Shown: positions 41,258 through 53,437 of the stretch, in pieces | How positions within the stretch are numbered: position 1 is the stretch's first letter | Layout of the letters: the number at the start of each line of letters is the position of its first letter | Assembly (NCBI RefSeq): GCF_000181795.1 | Contig: NW_003526943.1 | Coordinates: 6,726,122-6,790,121 of the forward strand | Direction of reading: 5' to 3' | DNA length: 64,000 nt | From: Trichinella spiralis | Taxonomy: Eukaryota | Position numbers and translations under genes: made by a program | Notes under the pieces: generated by a model | What the model was told of the DNA's origin: nothing | What the model saw: the letters and a program-made list of their open reading frames with translations, nothing else | The model's database searches: none

Positions 41258-41803
41258 ATGTTGAATTTACAGAAGAAGTTAAAAGAGCAAAAGATCAATG
41301 AAAGCAACAAACAAAACGCTACAGTTAGAAAAGAAGCTGCGTCGGTTCGCGATCGTTTGCTGCAAGTGGAATTTCAAGATTTAGGCTCATCACTGCCCCC
41401 TGGTTGCAAGCTTGAATTTCCAACAGCTGAATTGCACAACTTTTTCGTTAGTATAAAGCCAGAAGATGGGATGTACGTTGGAGGGGAGTATCGTTTTCAA
41501 ATTGAAGTGCCGATGGAATACAACTTTGAACCGCCAATAGTGAAATGCTTGACAAAAATATGGCACCCGAACATATCAGAAAACGGCGCTGTTTGTCTCA
41601 GTCTTCTGCGATCGCTTTCTATGGATGGTTTTGGGTGGAATCCTACAAGAGGCATCAAAGATGTGATACTGGGACTTTACGCCCTTTTTGGTGATTTGAT
41701 AGACTTTGATGATCCTCTAAACTCCGATGCAGCCAAAATGTATCTACGTAATCCGACTGAATTTAAATGCAAAGTTATGAGTTATATTAAACGGTATTGT
41801 TAG
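41258..41803 (+). CDS. UBE2F: NEDD8-conjugating E2, UBE2F type, intronless CDS
   Basis: N-terminal MLNLQKKLK, SVRDRLL, CLTKIWHPNISENGAVCLSLLR (catalytic Cys), the UBE2F-type insertion SMDGFGWNPTR and LIDFDDPLN. Confidence 0.92.
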   Translation: MLNLQKKLKEQKINESNKQNATVRKEAASVRDRLLQVEFQDLGSSLPPGCKLEFPTAELHNFFVSIKPEDGMYVGGEYRFQIEVPMEYNFEPPIVKCLTKIWHPNISENGAVCLSLLRSLSMDGFGWNPTRGIKDVILGLYALFGDLIDFDDPLNSDAAKMYLRNPTEFKCKVMSYIKRYC

Positions 41804-44652
41804 AAATAAGTCTGTTTTTATTTTCTATTTCTGTTTATATCTTTTCAAGAAATATTTGTTTTTTACATGGACTGAGATAAAGTTTTACTTCATTGACAAA
41901 CGTATTGCTTTCTTATAGGCAAGACATGTTTGTTTAGTGACAATTGTTGTACATGTCACATTTTTATTTTTAATAAATTTTTGCAAAAAAATACTAACCG
42001 GAGTTGTGAATTTATATTGAAAAAATTTAATTTTTCAAAAGGTAAATAGTAAAAAGTATATTTACAAGGTTTGCTCGATATTTTTGTTACATTGCAATGA
42101 GTACTCTGTATGATAATTTCAAATTTTCAATTCGTGCTGTGTTATCCTTTCATATTGTACATATTTGTTGAAGTAACACTGCATTTGCTACTGATCTGAT
42201 GAAATTATTATTTTTTATGCCATTGTTTTTAATGCATTTTCTTTTGATTAATAAGTATGCATGACGTCTAATTTGCTATATGCATTGCAATGCCATTTTA
42301 TCACCACATATGCATGATTTTAGCAGCTGTTTTATTTTTTGCCTTTTTTTTGAAAGCGTTCATATTCAGATTATGAAACTTTACAAATTTTGTCTGTTCT
42401 TTTCAATTCACGTGAGCAATGAGCAGAATTTTACTGAAATATTGTTAAAATTAGGTTGTTGTACAGTATTTTACTTGTTGAAATTAATTAAAATGAGTGT
42501 CGGTCATGAAATTACGATGTTGTCCTAGATTCTTCTAAACACCAGTATGCAATACATATCTGTGACATTTTATAAACAACTAGAGCTTTTCTCAGATAGA
42601 TGTGTTTTTGTTTGGCATTTGTGCGGTGGAAATTTCATGAAATGTTGGAGGAAATATTTCAAAATAGTGTCTCAACTGCTTTGTTTTCTATACAGCACAA
42701 ATTATAAATTATATTTTTTGAAATTCTTGCACCTACAATAATATTTTCATATGGAATGTGTAATTAAGATGAGATTTTAAAAAATCAATAAAAGTACATT
42801 TTATGTTTTATGTAATATTTTATATTATTTATTATCACAGAAAGGAACGATTTTAAAAATATTTGAAATTTTCAAAATATATATCCTATGCGAGCAAGTA
42901 ATAAAGTAGAATAAGTAATATTGCCAATTTGAATTTAATGAACTTGATTGCTTCTAATTGTTTAATACTGTAGGTTATCTCCATCTGTTTAAACGCATCG
43001 TCGTTGGTGACCGTGAGAGTTGCAGCTAGTCTTTTTATTTGATGGTGCAATAAATGCTTTTGCTTTAATTAATGATGTCATTTAGTATGATAATATTTGT
43101 AATTTTCTGTTGACGGTGAAAACATATTGGGCGATTGATATTTGACCCTGGCGAGGTAAAAAAAAATTAAACGATTATGCCAAACAGATTAAACGTTTTG
43201 CAATTTCAATGTTTGTTTTCACTTTTCAAGTTAGATGTACGTTATTCTTTTAAAACGATTAGTATATTAAAAGTTGCATTTGGCAATTATCAGTTAAAGA
43301 GAATTAAAACAACTTTTTGCAACTGCCAGCCGATAATTTTTGTTATTGTATAGCTGTGCACTTTTTTGCATTTTTTGCTAACTTTGCTATACTTTTGGCA
43401 CTTCTTGTAGAGCATTGTTTTGATTTAATTCATTCATTTTATTAGAAACTTTTAGCTTTGTAGTTCGAAAAAATTATACTCCAGTGCTGCTATTGACTTT
43501 ATGCTTTGGTTAAGAAAATTTCATTGAACTTTATTGCTTAACACTTTGTTCAGAACTTTTTTTTCTTCACCACAGTTATTATCACGAAATCATTCATTAA
43601 AATCAATGATTCATGAAATCACCACTTAAATATTTATTAAGAGTTTATGATGTGTTATATATTTTTCAGTATGTTATTTAAATTGTTTATTAGTCTTCAT
43701 TTGTTGATGTTGTTTTGAAAATTGTATCAGTTAATTGTACTGTTAATTTTTGAAAGATATTATAATTTGGGTTAATATTAAACTGGTGATCTTCACAATA
43801 ATGAGCGGGTCAAGTTGCAACAGACAACATTCGAAAGGAATTAAAATGCAATTTATTTGCAATCAACTGCAATTTATTATCAGTGTGTTGAAGGTTAATA
43901 TCACTTGTACCAACTGTAACTGTTGCAGATAACAAAATTTTAAATGTAAGCAATGGCAAAATTGATTTCCGTTGCAGTTGCACATAGAAATAGGAATATG
44001 ATTGAAGTATTGATTGACTGATTGATTTGATTATTGATATTAATAATATTATGATAACTTTAACATGCATTTCTTTAATGAGTGGATGGTTAAAAAAATT
44101 TTTTTTGTCTACTAAATTTTTTCACCAAGTTGCGTTATATTACTGAAGAAAATGTATGATAATAGTTGTCAAAAAGTGAAAATTAGATGAAGTTTTCACT
44201 ACACGGGGGAATATTTATTCGACTTGGTTGACAGAAATTTGGGAGTAATTAATCATTGAAATTAACAAATTTCTGAACGAAGTTTATTTTAATAATAAAA
44301 ATATTTTGTTTAAACTTATCTTTTTGCTTTTCTGTTTGTTTAATTGCTTCAGATTTTTTGTAATTTTTACATTATAGTGTCCAAAATGAGAATGAAACTG
44401 AAAAATGTTGTTTCAGTGTATGTAAATTGTTTATATTTGTTTTTTATTATCAAGCGTGGGTTTGCTCACTTGTTGTGGTCGATATGTATGAGTCATGGGA
44501 ATAATTGTAATGCGTTTGGCGTGTTTATTTCGCCTCCTTTTCTAATTTTTTTTATCATCAGGCCGTGCCATTTAAATATTTTAGGTGTAGTCGGCTGGCA
44601 GTGTTGTTATTATTGTTGTTGTTGTTGCTGTTGTTGTTTGAAAGCGACACGG

Positions 44653-45696
44653 ATGGCTTCCATCAAAAAGCGGATGTATTGTGTGATGAGGCATTTTTCC
44701 AGCAGCGTTGGGTCGCCTTGTGAATTGGAGAAAAAGCTCGAAGATGTGATGCCATCGGCTGGTTCTACTGTCGATGACGTGTCTAAAAATCGACAAAAAA
44801 GCTCCACCGCTCCTTCCTACCTCAAACGTTATTTTTGCAGGTTGTTTTTCTGGCATGCGGTTTATTTTATCAATTAATTTTGATGAAAATTTTATTTTGT
44901 ATTTTCATCTTCAGTCAGATGGCCAAAAAGCGAACGCCGGAAATTTATTACGGAAAATCTGGCGCTGATTTGCCAAATTTTAATGTCATCACTCTATTGG
45001 AAACGCCAGTGATTGCTTCTTATACAGGTCCGGATGGCGGGCTGACTGAGGTGAAAATTCTGATGAAAAATGCTAATCATATTTTCTTACAAATTGGGGG
45101 GGGGAGGGGGCTTTTCTTTTTGTGTGAAACGATTTGACTTGTCTGACACTTGTCGTCAAACCCAGCGATCATTTCGATAAATTTGTCTTTTGGACATTTT
45201 TATTGATCAGTACAAATTAATAATTTTTCACGTTTCAGTGAACTTAGTCAAGGTTGTATAAAAATTGTGTAAAGTTATACCTGTTAATTCATGTTATTAT
45301 TACTTGTAAATGTTCCAAGTATCAGAAATTTTAATGAAAATGTAATATTTTTTCCATTTACTTCATAAATAACTATTGATATTTAAATTATTTTTAAATG
45401 TTTTTGTTGATGCAGATTGTTATTTGTTGTATATATGAGACTTTGATTTGATTTTATGATGCGAGCAATCAATCTGTTGCAATAATAAATTGATTAATTG
45501 CAAATTACTTGTGCACACAAGCAGAGAGACTTATTCTTTTTTTATTAAAGCATTACAAAATTTAAATAGGTTATAATTATTGATTTGATTTTACCTACCA
45601 TATTTATTTTTAATTTCATTGTGGGAAATTAGTGTGAAAATTGAGAATCAAAATATTTTGATGAAGCAGTTGACTTTTTTCGCATGGAGAAGACCG

Positions 45697-45729
<33 letters not shown>

Positions 45730-48700
45730 TATTTGCAAATAAGATATATCTTTTTTAAGAGAAATATTAAATTAATAGCAGCAGCTTCAATAATGCATAT
45801 ATAGATAATTGATGAAGAGAATGAATGTAGAAATTTCATTGAAAAGCTTTTATTGACATCAAATCAAAGAATGAAATGTAAGATATGAATAATAATGAAA
45901 TTGAATTCATATTTTCAGGCTCCGCCACTGCGAGTTACCGTACCTGCAGGTATTGCTAATTTGGATGATGAACTCAGCTTGAGCATGCACGCATCTTCTG
46001 AAAGTTTGACAGTCGATCGTTGTTGCACTGATGCATCACTGGGTGGACTGAAAACGGATTTGTTGTCCAGTACGTGGATGAAATTTTTTTTTTATAAAAA
46101 AGCATATTCATTTTTTGCATATGTAGAAAAGAGAATTGTCAGATTGTGCGATTGGATTTCACCGGATGATCAACATTCTTACGGCAAATCGGTATCGCTT
46201 TATGAACGCAATCCGATCACGTCCAAATTGGCCGGTGAGTTTAAAAAAATAAACAAGAAAATATGCAAATTAAAAAGCAAATGCATTTTTGAAGTAAATT
46301 TATTATTATTTTTTGTTGTTGAATAATAAATTTTTTTTTCAGGCAATCCAGTGGCGGACGTGTTTGCCGTCTGCACGCGTCGCAATTGCAGCATTTTGAT
46401 TCTGGCCGATGGGGTGAATTGGGGCGAGAAGGCGCGTTTGGCTGCCCGATGCGCTGTCCGAGGGTCGATGGACTTTTTGAATGCTGAACTGTTCGACCGA
46501 AGCCAGCCAATTACGAGCACATCGGTGAGTTTGCAAAATTGTCTTTTATTTGTTTGTTTGGTTTAATTGAATTGAATTGAATTTGAATATTAGTGATTAC
46601 TGAAAAATAGCGGTAGAAAATTTTCGATTATTATTCTGGTGGTGGTGAACTGTGCAATTCACAGATTTGTGCAAGAACTGATACTGCTTTTTTCCAATTT
46701 CAACAATTATTTTCTAATATTCATAAAGCAGTGAGAAAATGTAGTGCGTTTTTCAGTTGTGAATGAAATGTATTTTTATTAATCTTTTCTTTCTTCTTTG
46801 AACTCTTTTTTTTCATACTGTACTGTGTGAATTTATATCATAGTTGAGCTCTACTTGTCATCGATCAATAAATTCTCACTTGGAGCATTGAAGACATTTC
46901 AATAATTAGAAATCTGCATTGCATTCGACAAATTTATATTGAATTTTTTGCAGTTCTCTCATAGTTTTCAATATTCATATTCACTTGTGAATTATTTATT
47001 TTAATATTAAGTTTTTATCCTATTTCATCTGTTGGGCGTGAATTTATTCTTATTACACACACGTATATTTTCTTCGAATTGATCATTTTGATTCATAATT
47101 TTCAAATTTACTTGGTTTTTAATCTTTATTTTTTTGTTTTTTGTAGTTGATTATATTTCATTTTGCATACTTTACTTTTTATAATTTAAATCGATGTCTT
47201 TCATTCATTTATTATTAAATGAATAATATGGTTTTTAGTGGGTTTTTTTTTCATTTTACAATTTACTTAAGTTGACAAAAAATTCCAATGCGAAAACAAG
47301 TGAAATGATTATCGTATGAATTGAAATCAGGGTGCAGTGACGTATCAGTAATTACAGTTTTAAAAATAAAAGTTAATTTAAGAATATTTATTGTTGGAGT
47401 GATTTAAAATTGATATTAACGTGATCATGTTATTGCTCTGTGCAAAAATGGTAACGAGTACAACAATTTGCAATGATTAACTTTTTTTCAATACTAAATT
47501 ACTGTAATTACTTTTAATAATAGTCAGGTATTGACAATTTTCCACGATGAATTGGCATTGAGTTGTAGAAATTGAAAATATATACAGTATGAAAATTCAG
47601 TGGTCACAGTTTTTGTTTTTTCTCTTCAGGAAATTTTCCAATCTCTGCTTCGTGCATTTCATTGCGGTCACAGGTTGATTTTGCAAGAAGAAGGATCATT
47701 TACGACGTTGTGCGTTGTTGTGGTTTGTCCTCTGGAAAACAGCGAACATTGGGTTGCTTGCGCGTGCAATGTCGGTGATTCTTTGGCATTTATTTTCAGC
47801 GAACAGCACGGTGTTCGAGAATTAACTTCAGGTTTGTATTTTTTTTTGACCGAAGGGACGGACAATCAGTGGTCCCTACCCCTTTTTTTTCCTTTTTTAT
47901 CCTTCAAATTCAAATGAATAAAAATGCACTTGTCAGGTTCTCACGATATTCGTCAAATTCGAAACATGCGAGACGCTGGTGGTGCTTTGGGACCGGTGTA
48001 TGGAATCAGCCCGGATTTGCAAAATTTCACCTGTTCATTGTCCATCGTCGATCCAGGCGATATTGTATTTATCACATCCGACGGTGTTTCGGATAATTTT
48101 GATCCTGTTGTTGGCAAATTTTGCATCAACGCAGAGGTGGAGTGTTTCGTTGTTTATTGATTTTTTGATTTCAGTTTGTTTTCAGGAAGGTTTCGACATC
48201 AACGGTGGCTTTGATCCGACATTTATTGGCGCCAACGGTTTGTCGCCCCGTTATTTCGACTCGGCCGCCGACGCCCCTCGACTTGCCTATCAGTCAGCTT
48301 CGAGTCCGACCAATTGTTTGGACAACGGAAAGATGTTGGAGGTGATAATTGATGAGAATGGATTGAAATAGTTGATTGTTCTTCGTTTTGACGGTTGTAA
48401 TTTAATTTGCATTTCAGATGGACGCGAAACCGTTGTCCGTTACAGCTTCACAACGGCACGAATTGATGCTTCATCGAATGGACGACATTGCTCGCCACGG
48501 ATGTGGTGGTCAAGCAGCGTCGAAATCTGCCACTACTGCTCGTCAACTTTGCGAAAGTTTTGTTGAATTTACTAAACTGTTGACAGTGTGAGTATTTCTT
48601 TTTTTTTAAATAATAATTTATGTTTATGCATTTTGGTTTTTTCTTTTTGTCAAGTTTACACAAATCAATCGCTTGAAAACAGATGAAAAAATATTCATTT

Positions 48701-49974
48701 CGGAAAATTTAATTAATTTCAAATATGTTTTGTATTTGTTCATTTTCATGCGCTTAATTTGTGGGTTGCTTCAGAGCGAAAAGAAAAGTACTTCAAGATC
48801 CTGATTTGTACAAGTCGACTGGCAAGAATTCGTCGAACGAAATCAAAGCTATACGGCGTATGGTGAAGTACAAGTTGATGGAACTGCCCGGTAAGCTTGA
48901 CCATGCTTCTGTGGTTGCTTACCGTGTGGGCTTTGTTGAAGTCCAACCTGAAACCGATGAACTGTTGTCTGCTAAAGGTGAAAAAAATTCTCTCTCATTT
49001 TTTACTTTTCAGTGAAAATTGAGTGAACTGTAACTGTATTTTTTTCTTTAGATGATCAGGTTCAGTTGCCGGTCAGGCCTAGTGTTTTGCCTTTTGCCAA
49101 AACGAACAGTGAAATTATTGGGCAAAGTAAAATACTCTCGTCAATTGCAATTGACGACTCTTGTGAAACGCCAAGGGCCGAAGCGCAGTTTGAATTTCAG
49201 GTGAAAAATTATTTTATGATTGAAAATTCATTTATTATTTATTTTATGTATTTATTTAGAGCGGTGCTTGTAAGTTGTCGTCATCGTCGTCGTCGTCGTC
49301 GTGGTCATCGTCGTCCGGTTCAGTGCGTCCATTGGCCAACTCGGTTTTGGAAAAGAGAAAACAACAACGAGCCGATCAAAGTTCAACAGCATCTCCCAGT
49401 ATGTGTGCAGTTGTTTGTTTGTTTGTTTGTGATTTTCTGCTAAGTCATCTTGCTAGTTCAGATTGATTGTCGTTTGAATTTTCTGTTTTTCTTTTACAGT
49501 ACGCCTGAACAGCCCCAGACCATCGGTCGAAGAGAAATTGGACGTCATGTTCAGCGTTGTGTCGAGATTTGCTCAGTCGAGCAGTTCGAACAGTGGAGAA
49601 CGTCGTGCAAGTGGTTGTTGTTCATCTGCGATTCCAAATGTACAAAACACTGTTGCACCGTCTGTACAGCAGTGCTGTACGTATTTGTATATTTAAATTC
49701 AAATTCAACGTTTTCGGTGGTAAAATAAATTTGAATTGAAGATGCGAACGACGTTGCTTCGGCGGACGGTTGTTGTAATAAAATGGTCAACGTGGGAAAG
49801 TTGAAAAAGCACGGTAGGACAAGTCCGACAAGGCACACGATTGCCGTTGACCAAGCGGATTTGCTTAAACGTTGTTCCACGTCGAGCCAAGAGCAACAGC
49901 AGAAAGCATCGGTCGGCGAAAATGAAGAGAACGTTGTCGCTAGATTGATTGGCAACAAAGAGACTTTAGTTTGA
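44653..49974 (+). CDS. PP2C-like domain protein (Drosophila CG9801-type), multi-exon
   Basis: SYTGPDGGLT, YGKSVSLYERNP, GNPVADVFA, ILADGVNWG, ACNVGDSLAF, MRDAGGALGPV, TSDGVSDNFDPVVGKF and PGKLDHASVVAY. Ser-rich tail ends ETLV*. The 3' exons are less certain. Confidence 0.85.
45697..45729. repeat. (ATT)n microsatellite, intronic
   Basis: About 11 ATT units read directly from the sequence. Confidence 0.85.
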
Positions 49975-49976
49975 TC

Positions 49977-50000
49977 TCATTCATTCATTCATTCATTCAT
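49977..50000. repeat. (TCAT)n microsatellite at the start of the 3' UTR
   Basis: Six TCAT units start just after the stop codon at 49974. Confidence 0.8.
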
Positions 50001-51256
50001 TTTTTTTCATTTCGGTTCATCTTTATTGAGCGCGTAAAACAAACTTCTTTCAAATGCCGTCTTGCTTCAGGGAGCTGGACTTGCAGCTGAACATTGCTGT
50101 TGATTGATTTTATTGTTCTGTACTTTTTCACCCAACTTATTCATATTCGACTTTTTCTTCATTTTGCTGTTCTCTGTTATGTTTGTATTGTTATTATTAT
50201 TATCATTTCATATTATCAATGCAAAGTTGGCAAAGTTGTTCTTCTTTCAGATTGCACTGCTCAAATAAATTGTATCAGTTGGCACGACGAACAATTAAAA
50301 AAAATATATATATAAGGTTAGCTGCCTGATGTTCAGTGTTTTTCGCTCAATGTCGAAATTTTATTTTTGGACGGATATACGAGAAAAAAAGCTAAGAAAC
50401 AATAATCGTCGTGAATGCGTGAATGGTCAAGCTCGAGAGAATAAACTTTTAATTGAGAGAAATGAAATTGCAGAACAATTAAAGTAGGAAAAACGTTTCC
50501 AAAAGCACACATACATTCGTGACAAATGTAATGGTAATTTCAAAAAAGTTTATTTTATGTACAGTATACTTTGAAATAATCAAGAACAATAATTGTTCAA
50601 AAAAAGAAATGAATGGAATGTCGAACTTTGTTTAGTAAAATTTGACGACTGCATGCATGTTATCCGATGAGAAAGGAAAATGTGAATTGATGATGCTGTT
50701 GATTGATCAACGTTGAGATCAGTTCTGTGCGTTGAATTTGATGTTTCACTTTGGAAAAGGGTATTTTCTTAATTAAAAACATACATATATATATATATAT
50801 GATTAAAATGTTGCAAAAAAAGAGAACGGTGGAATTTCTTTTTTAAAGTAGTCATTTGAACAAACTGAAACAATCATTGTGCTCAGAATGATTTCATTCA
50901 GCGATCGGTTATCGTTTCATGAAGCAATTGCATTTTTTGCACAAAACTGCAAAGAATACTAATAACAATAATAATAATAATAAATTATTATATTATTTAA
51001 ATTTAGCACATGCCAGTGACGCCATCTAGCGGATGACGATCGATCGCACGCGCCTGATTGGATCCGGTCTTCCTTTGGCCAGGCTGAAAGACGTCGACGA
51101 CAGTTTGTGCGCGGTGGTTGAGGCGGCGGCAGCATTGTGGCGCCCGTCGGGCGATCGATCGGTCGGTTAGGCAGTTCGTCGTCGTTGTCGTCGTCTTGCT
51201 CGAGTTAGACGTTCCTGGGCTGTTTGAAATTTTCTGTAAAACCGAGACACACCAAA

Positions 51257-52990
51257 ATGCCGCTTGTGCTGCGACGTTGCCGCGATTTGCCGGCTTGGAT
51301 TGTGCTGTTTCCATTTTATTGTACATTTCTGTTCGAAATTGCAAGTAAGCAATGACGATTTGGGGAAAAAAGCAGAAATTTAAATAAACAATTCCACGTT
51401 TCATGATTTCAGACACGTTGCAAGTGAGATTTTTGAAAAATGAAAACGCCTTCTCAGTACGCGGTCAGGATTCACTGGATTGGGATGCGGTTGACGCGGA
51501 CGAACCGACCGCGGTCGACTTTTGGCTGCTCGACGACAGTCTGGAAGAGACGGACGTTGTGGTCGAAGATGGGGCCGGCGCGTTCCTGCGACAGTCCGTT
51601 GGTCGTCTGGTGAACAAGACCGACGCCGTGGCTCGCGTTCGACCACTGTCCAGAACGGTCAGCCGCGAACAGCCGAACGTTCGTCTGGTGGTGGAGCGGG
51701 TGTCGGGCCGCCGCTGGTCGTCCGGCCGGCCGGCGCCACCGCCCTCCGGACGACGCCACTTCGACCACCAGACCGCGACAAAGGGTTCCTCTTCTTCTTC
51801 GCCACTGTGCGTGACGGTGTTCGTCGGCACGGCCGACGAGCAGATATCCGCCTCGTGCGCGCCGTCGACTGCCGACGGCTTGTGCACGGTCGACGTGCTG
51901 GTGCCGCTGTCCTGGTGGCCCGAGGCCGACCTGCGCAGCACCGTCACTCCAGACAAACCCAAACGTCCCAGACGGACGCTGCGCGTCGCCCACATCAGTC
52001 GTCGGCTGTCCGGCGACGACATCTCCAACTGTCCCACAATGGCGACTGGGCAAACGGCGGCCGTCTGGCCGAGCACGCCCACGCCCACGGCCGGCGACCG
52101 CGCGCTGATCCGTCTGGCCGACCAGTTGCAACTGCACCACCGGTCGAGCGAGTACACGATGCTGCCCATTGACCACACGCTCGGACTGCTCGTTCCGAAC
52201 ATCCAATTTCACCCTGGCAGCGTTTTCACCATATCGCTTCACTTTCAACGCAGACCCCAACAACAACAGCGTCCTGTACGCGCCTTTCGACTCAGGTAAT
52301 CGTACAATAATTTGTTTATTATTATTATTATTATTATTACAATTATATTTTTATGCATATTAATCGACTGGTACAGATGCAGTCCAAGCTCGAATTTGCG
52401 AATTCTACTCGCCCAACCAATTCCTGACGGCGCGTGGGCGATCAAATCTACCCTCATTTCGACGGTTGATTCCAATCAGCCAATACTTATTGACGCCACA
52501 TTCAAGCAAACTTTCTTCAACGACACCAGGTGAGAAAAACAATGCAAATTTTAATTATCACTTTGTTTTTTTTTCATTATCTCACAGTCAGACATCATCA
52601 TCATCCTCATTATCACGATCTCATTTGAACACAATTTTACCATTATTCAATTGCACACACAGAAATTTTCAATAAAATAGCCAATAAGAAGAAAACAACA
52701 TTCTTTTACACTTCAATTCGTTCACTTTTTGTGCAATATTTGGTGTAATTTTTCCATTCAATTTTTATCAAATCAAATTAAAAATAAAACAATCGATCCA
52801 CTTCAATCATTTAAAGCTGATGATTATTGTTTCAAATTGCAAATTTGTAATCATCATCACTGTTGTATTATTATGTAAAGTTTGTTTACGAGAATTAATT
52901 CAATTTCAACAACTGAAACATCAGAATAGATTGAATAAATAAAAATGGATAAACATTTTCTTCTATTATTGAAGTTTTTTCTTCACACTC

Positions 52991-53079
<89 letters not shown>

Positions 53080-53405
53080 TGCAATTAATGATTTATTATT
53101 GCTTGATTTGAAAGTTTTGATTTGTTTTTGGTTTTTCTTGAAATTCCCTGTGGATGATGAGTTGGTCACGGTTAAGATTTTTTGACTTTGACGTTATTGC
53201 TTTTGGAAAATGGCAGCTAGCTGGCTTGCAGTTGTCATTGAATATTTTGCAAAAATAGAAAAGCGATTAGCAGATGAAAAACAACAATACATAAAATTAT
53301 AATCAAGCAATAAGACAATAGCTGTTTTTTTTCTTTTGCCTGATCACTATTTTTTGCACTAATTATTATTTTGCCAAGTTTGCCCAATTGAGAAGGAAAA
53401 ATGAA

Positions 53406-53437
<32 letters not shown>

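Noticed and set aside
51465..52266. Long overlapping ORFs (245, 264 and 216 aa) on other frames
   Set aside because: Shadow ORFs of the GC-rich TMEM132 exon, with no recognisable motifs.
52966..53169. Poly-Ile ORF resembling a TM peptide
   Set aside because: It is the translation of the (AAT)n microsatellite.
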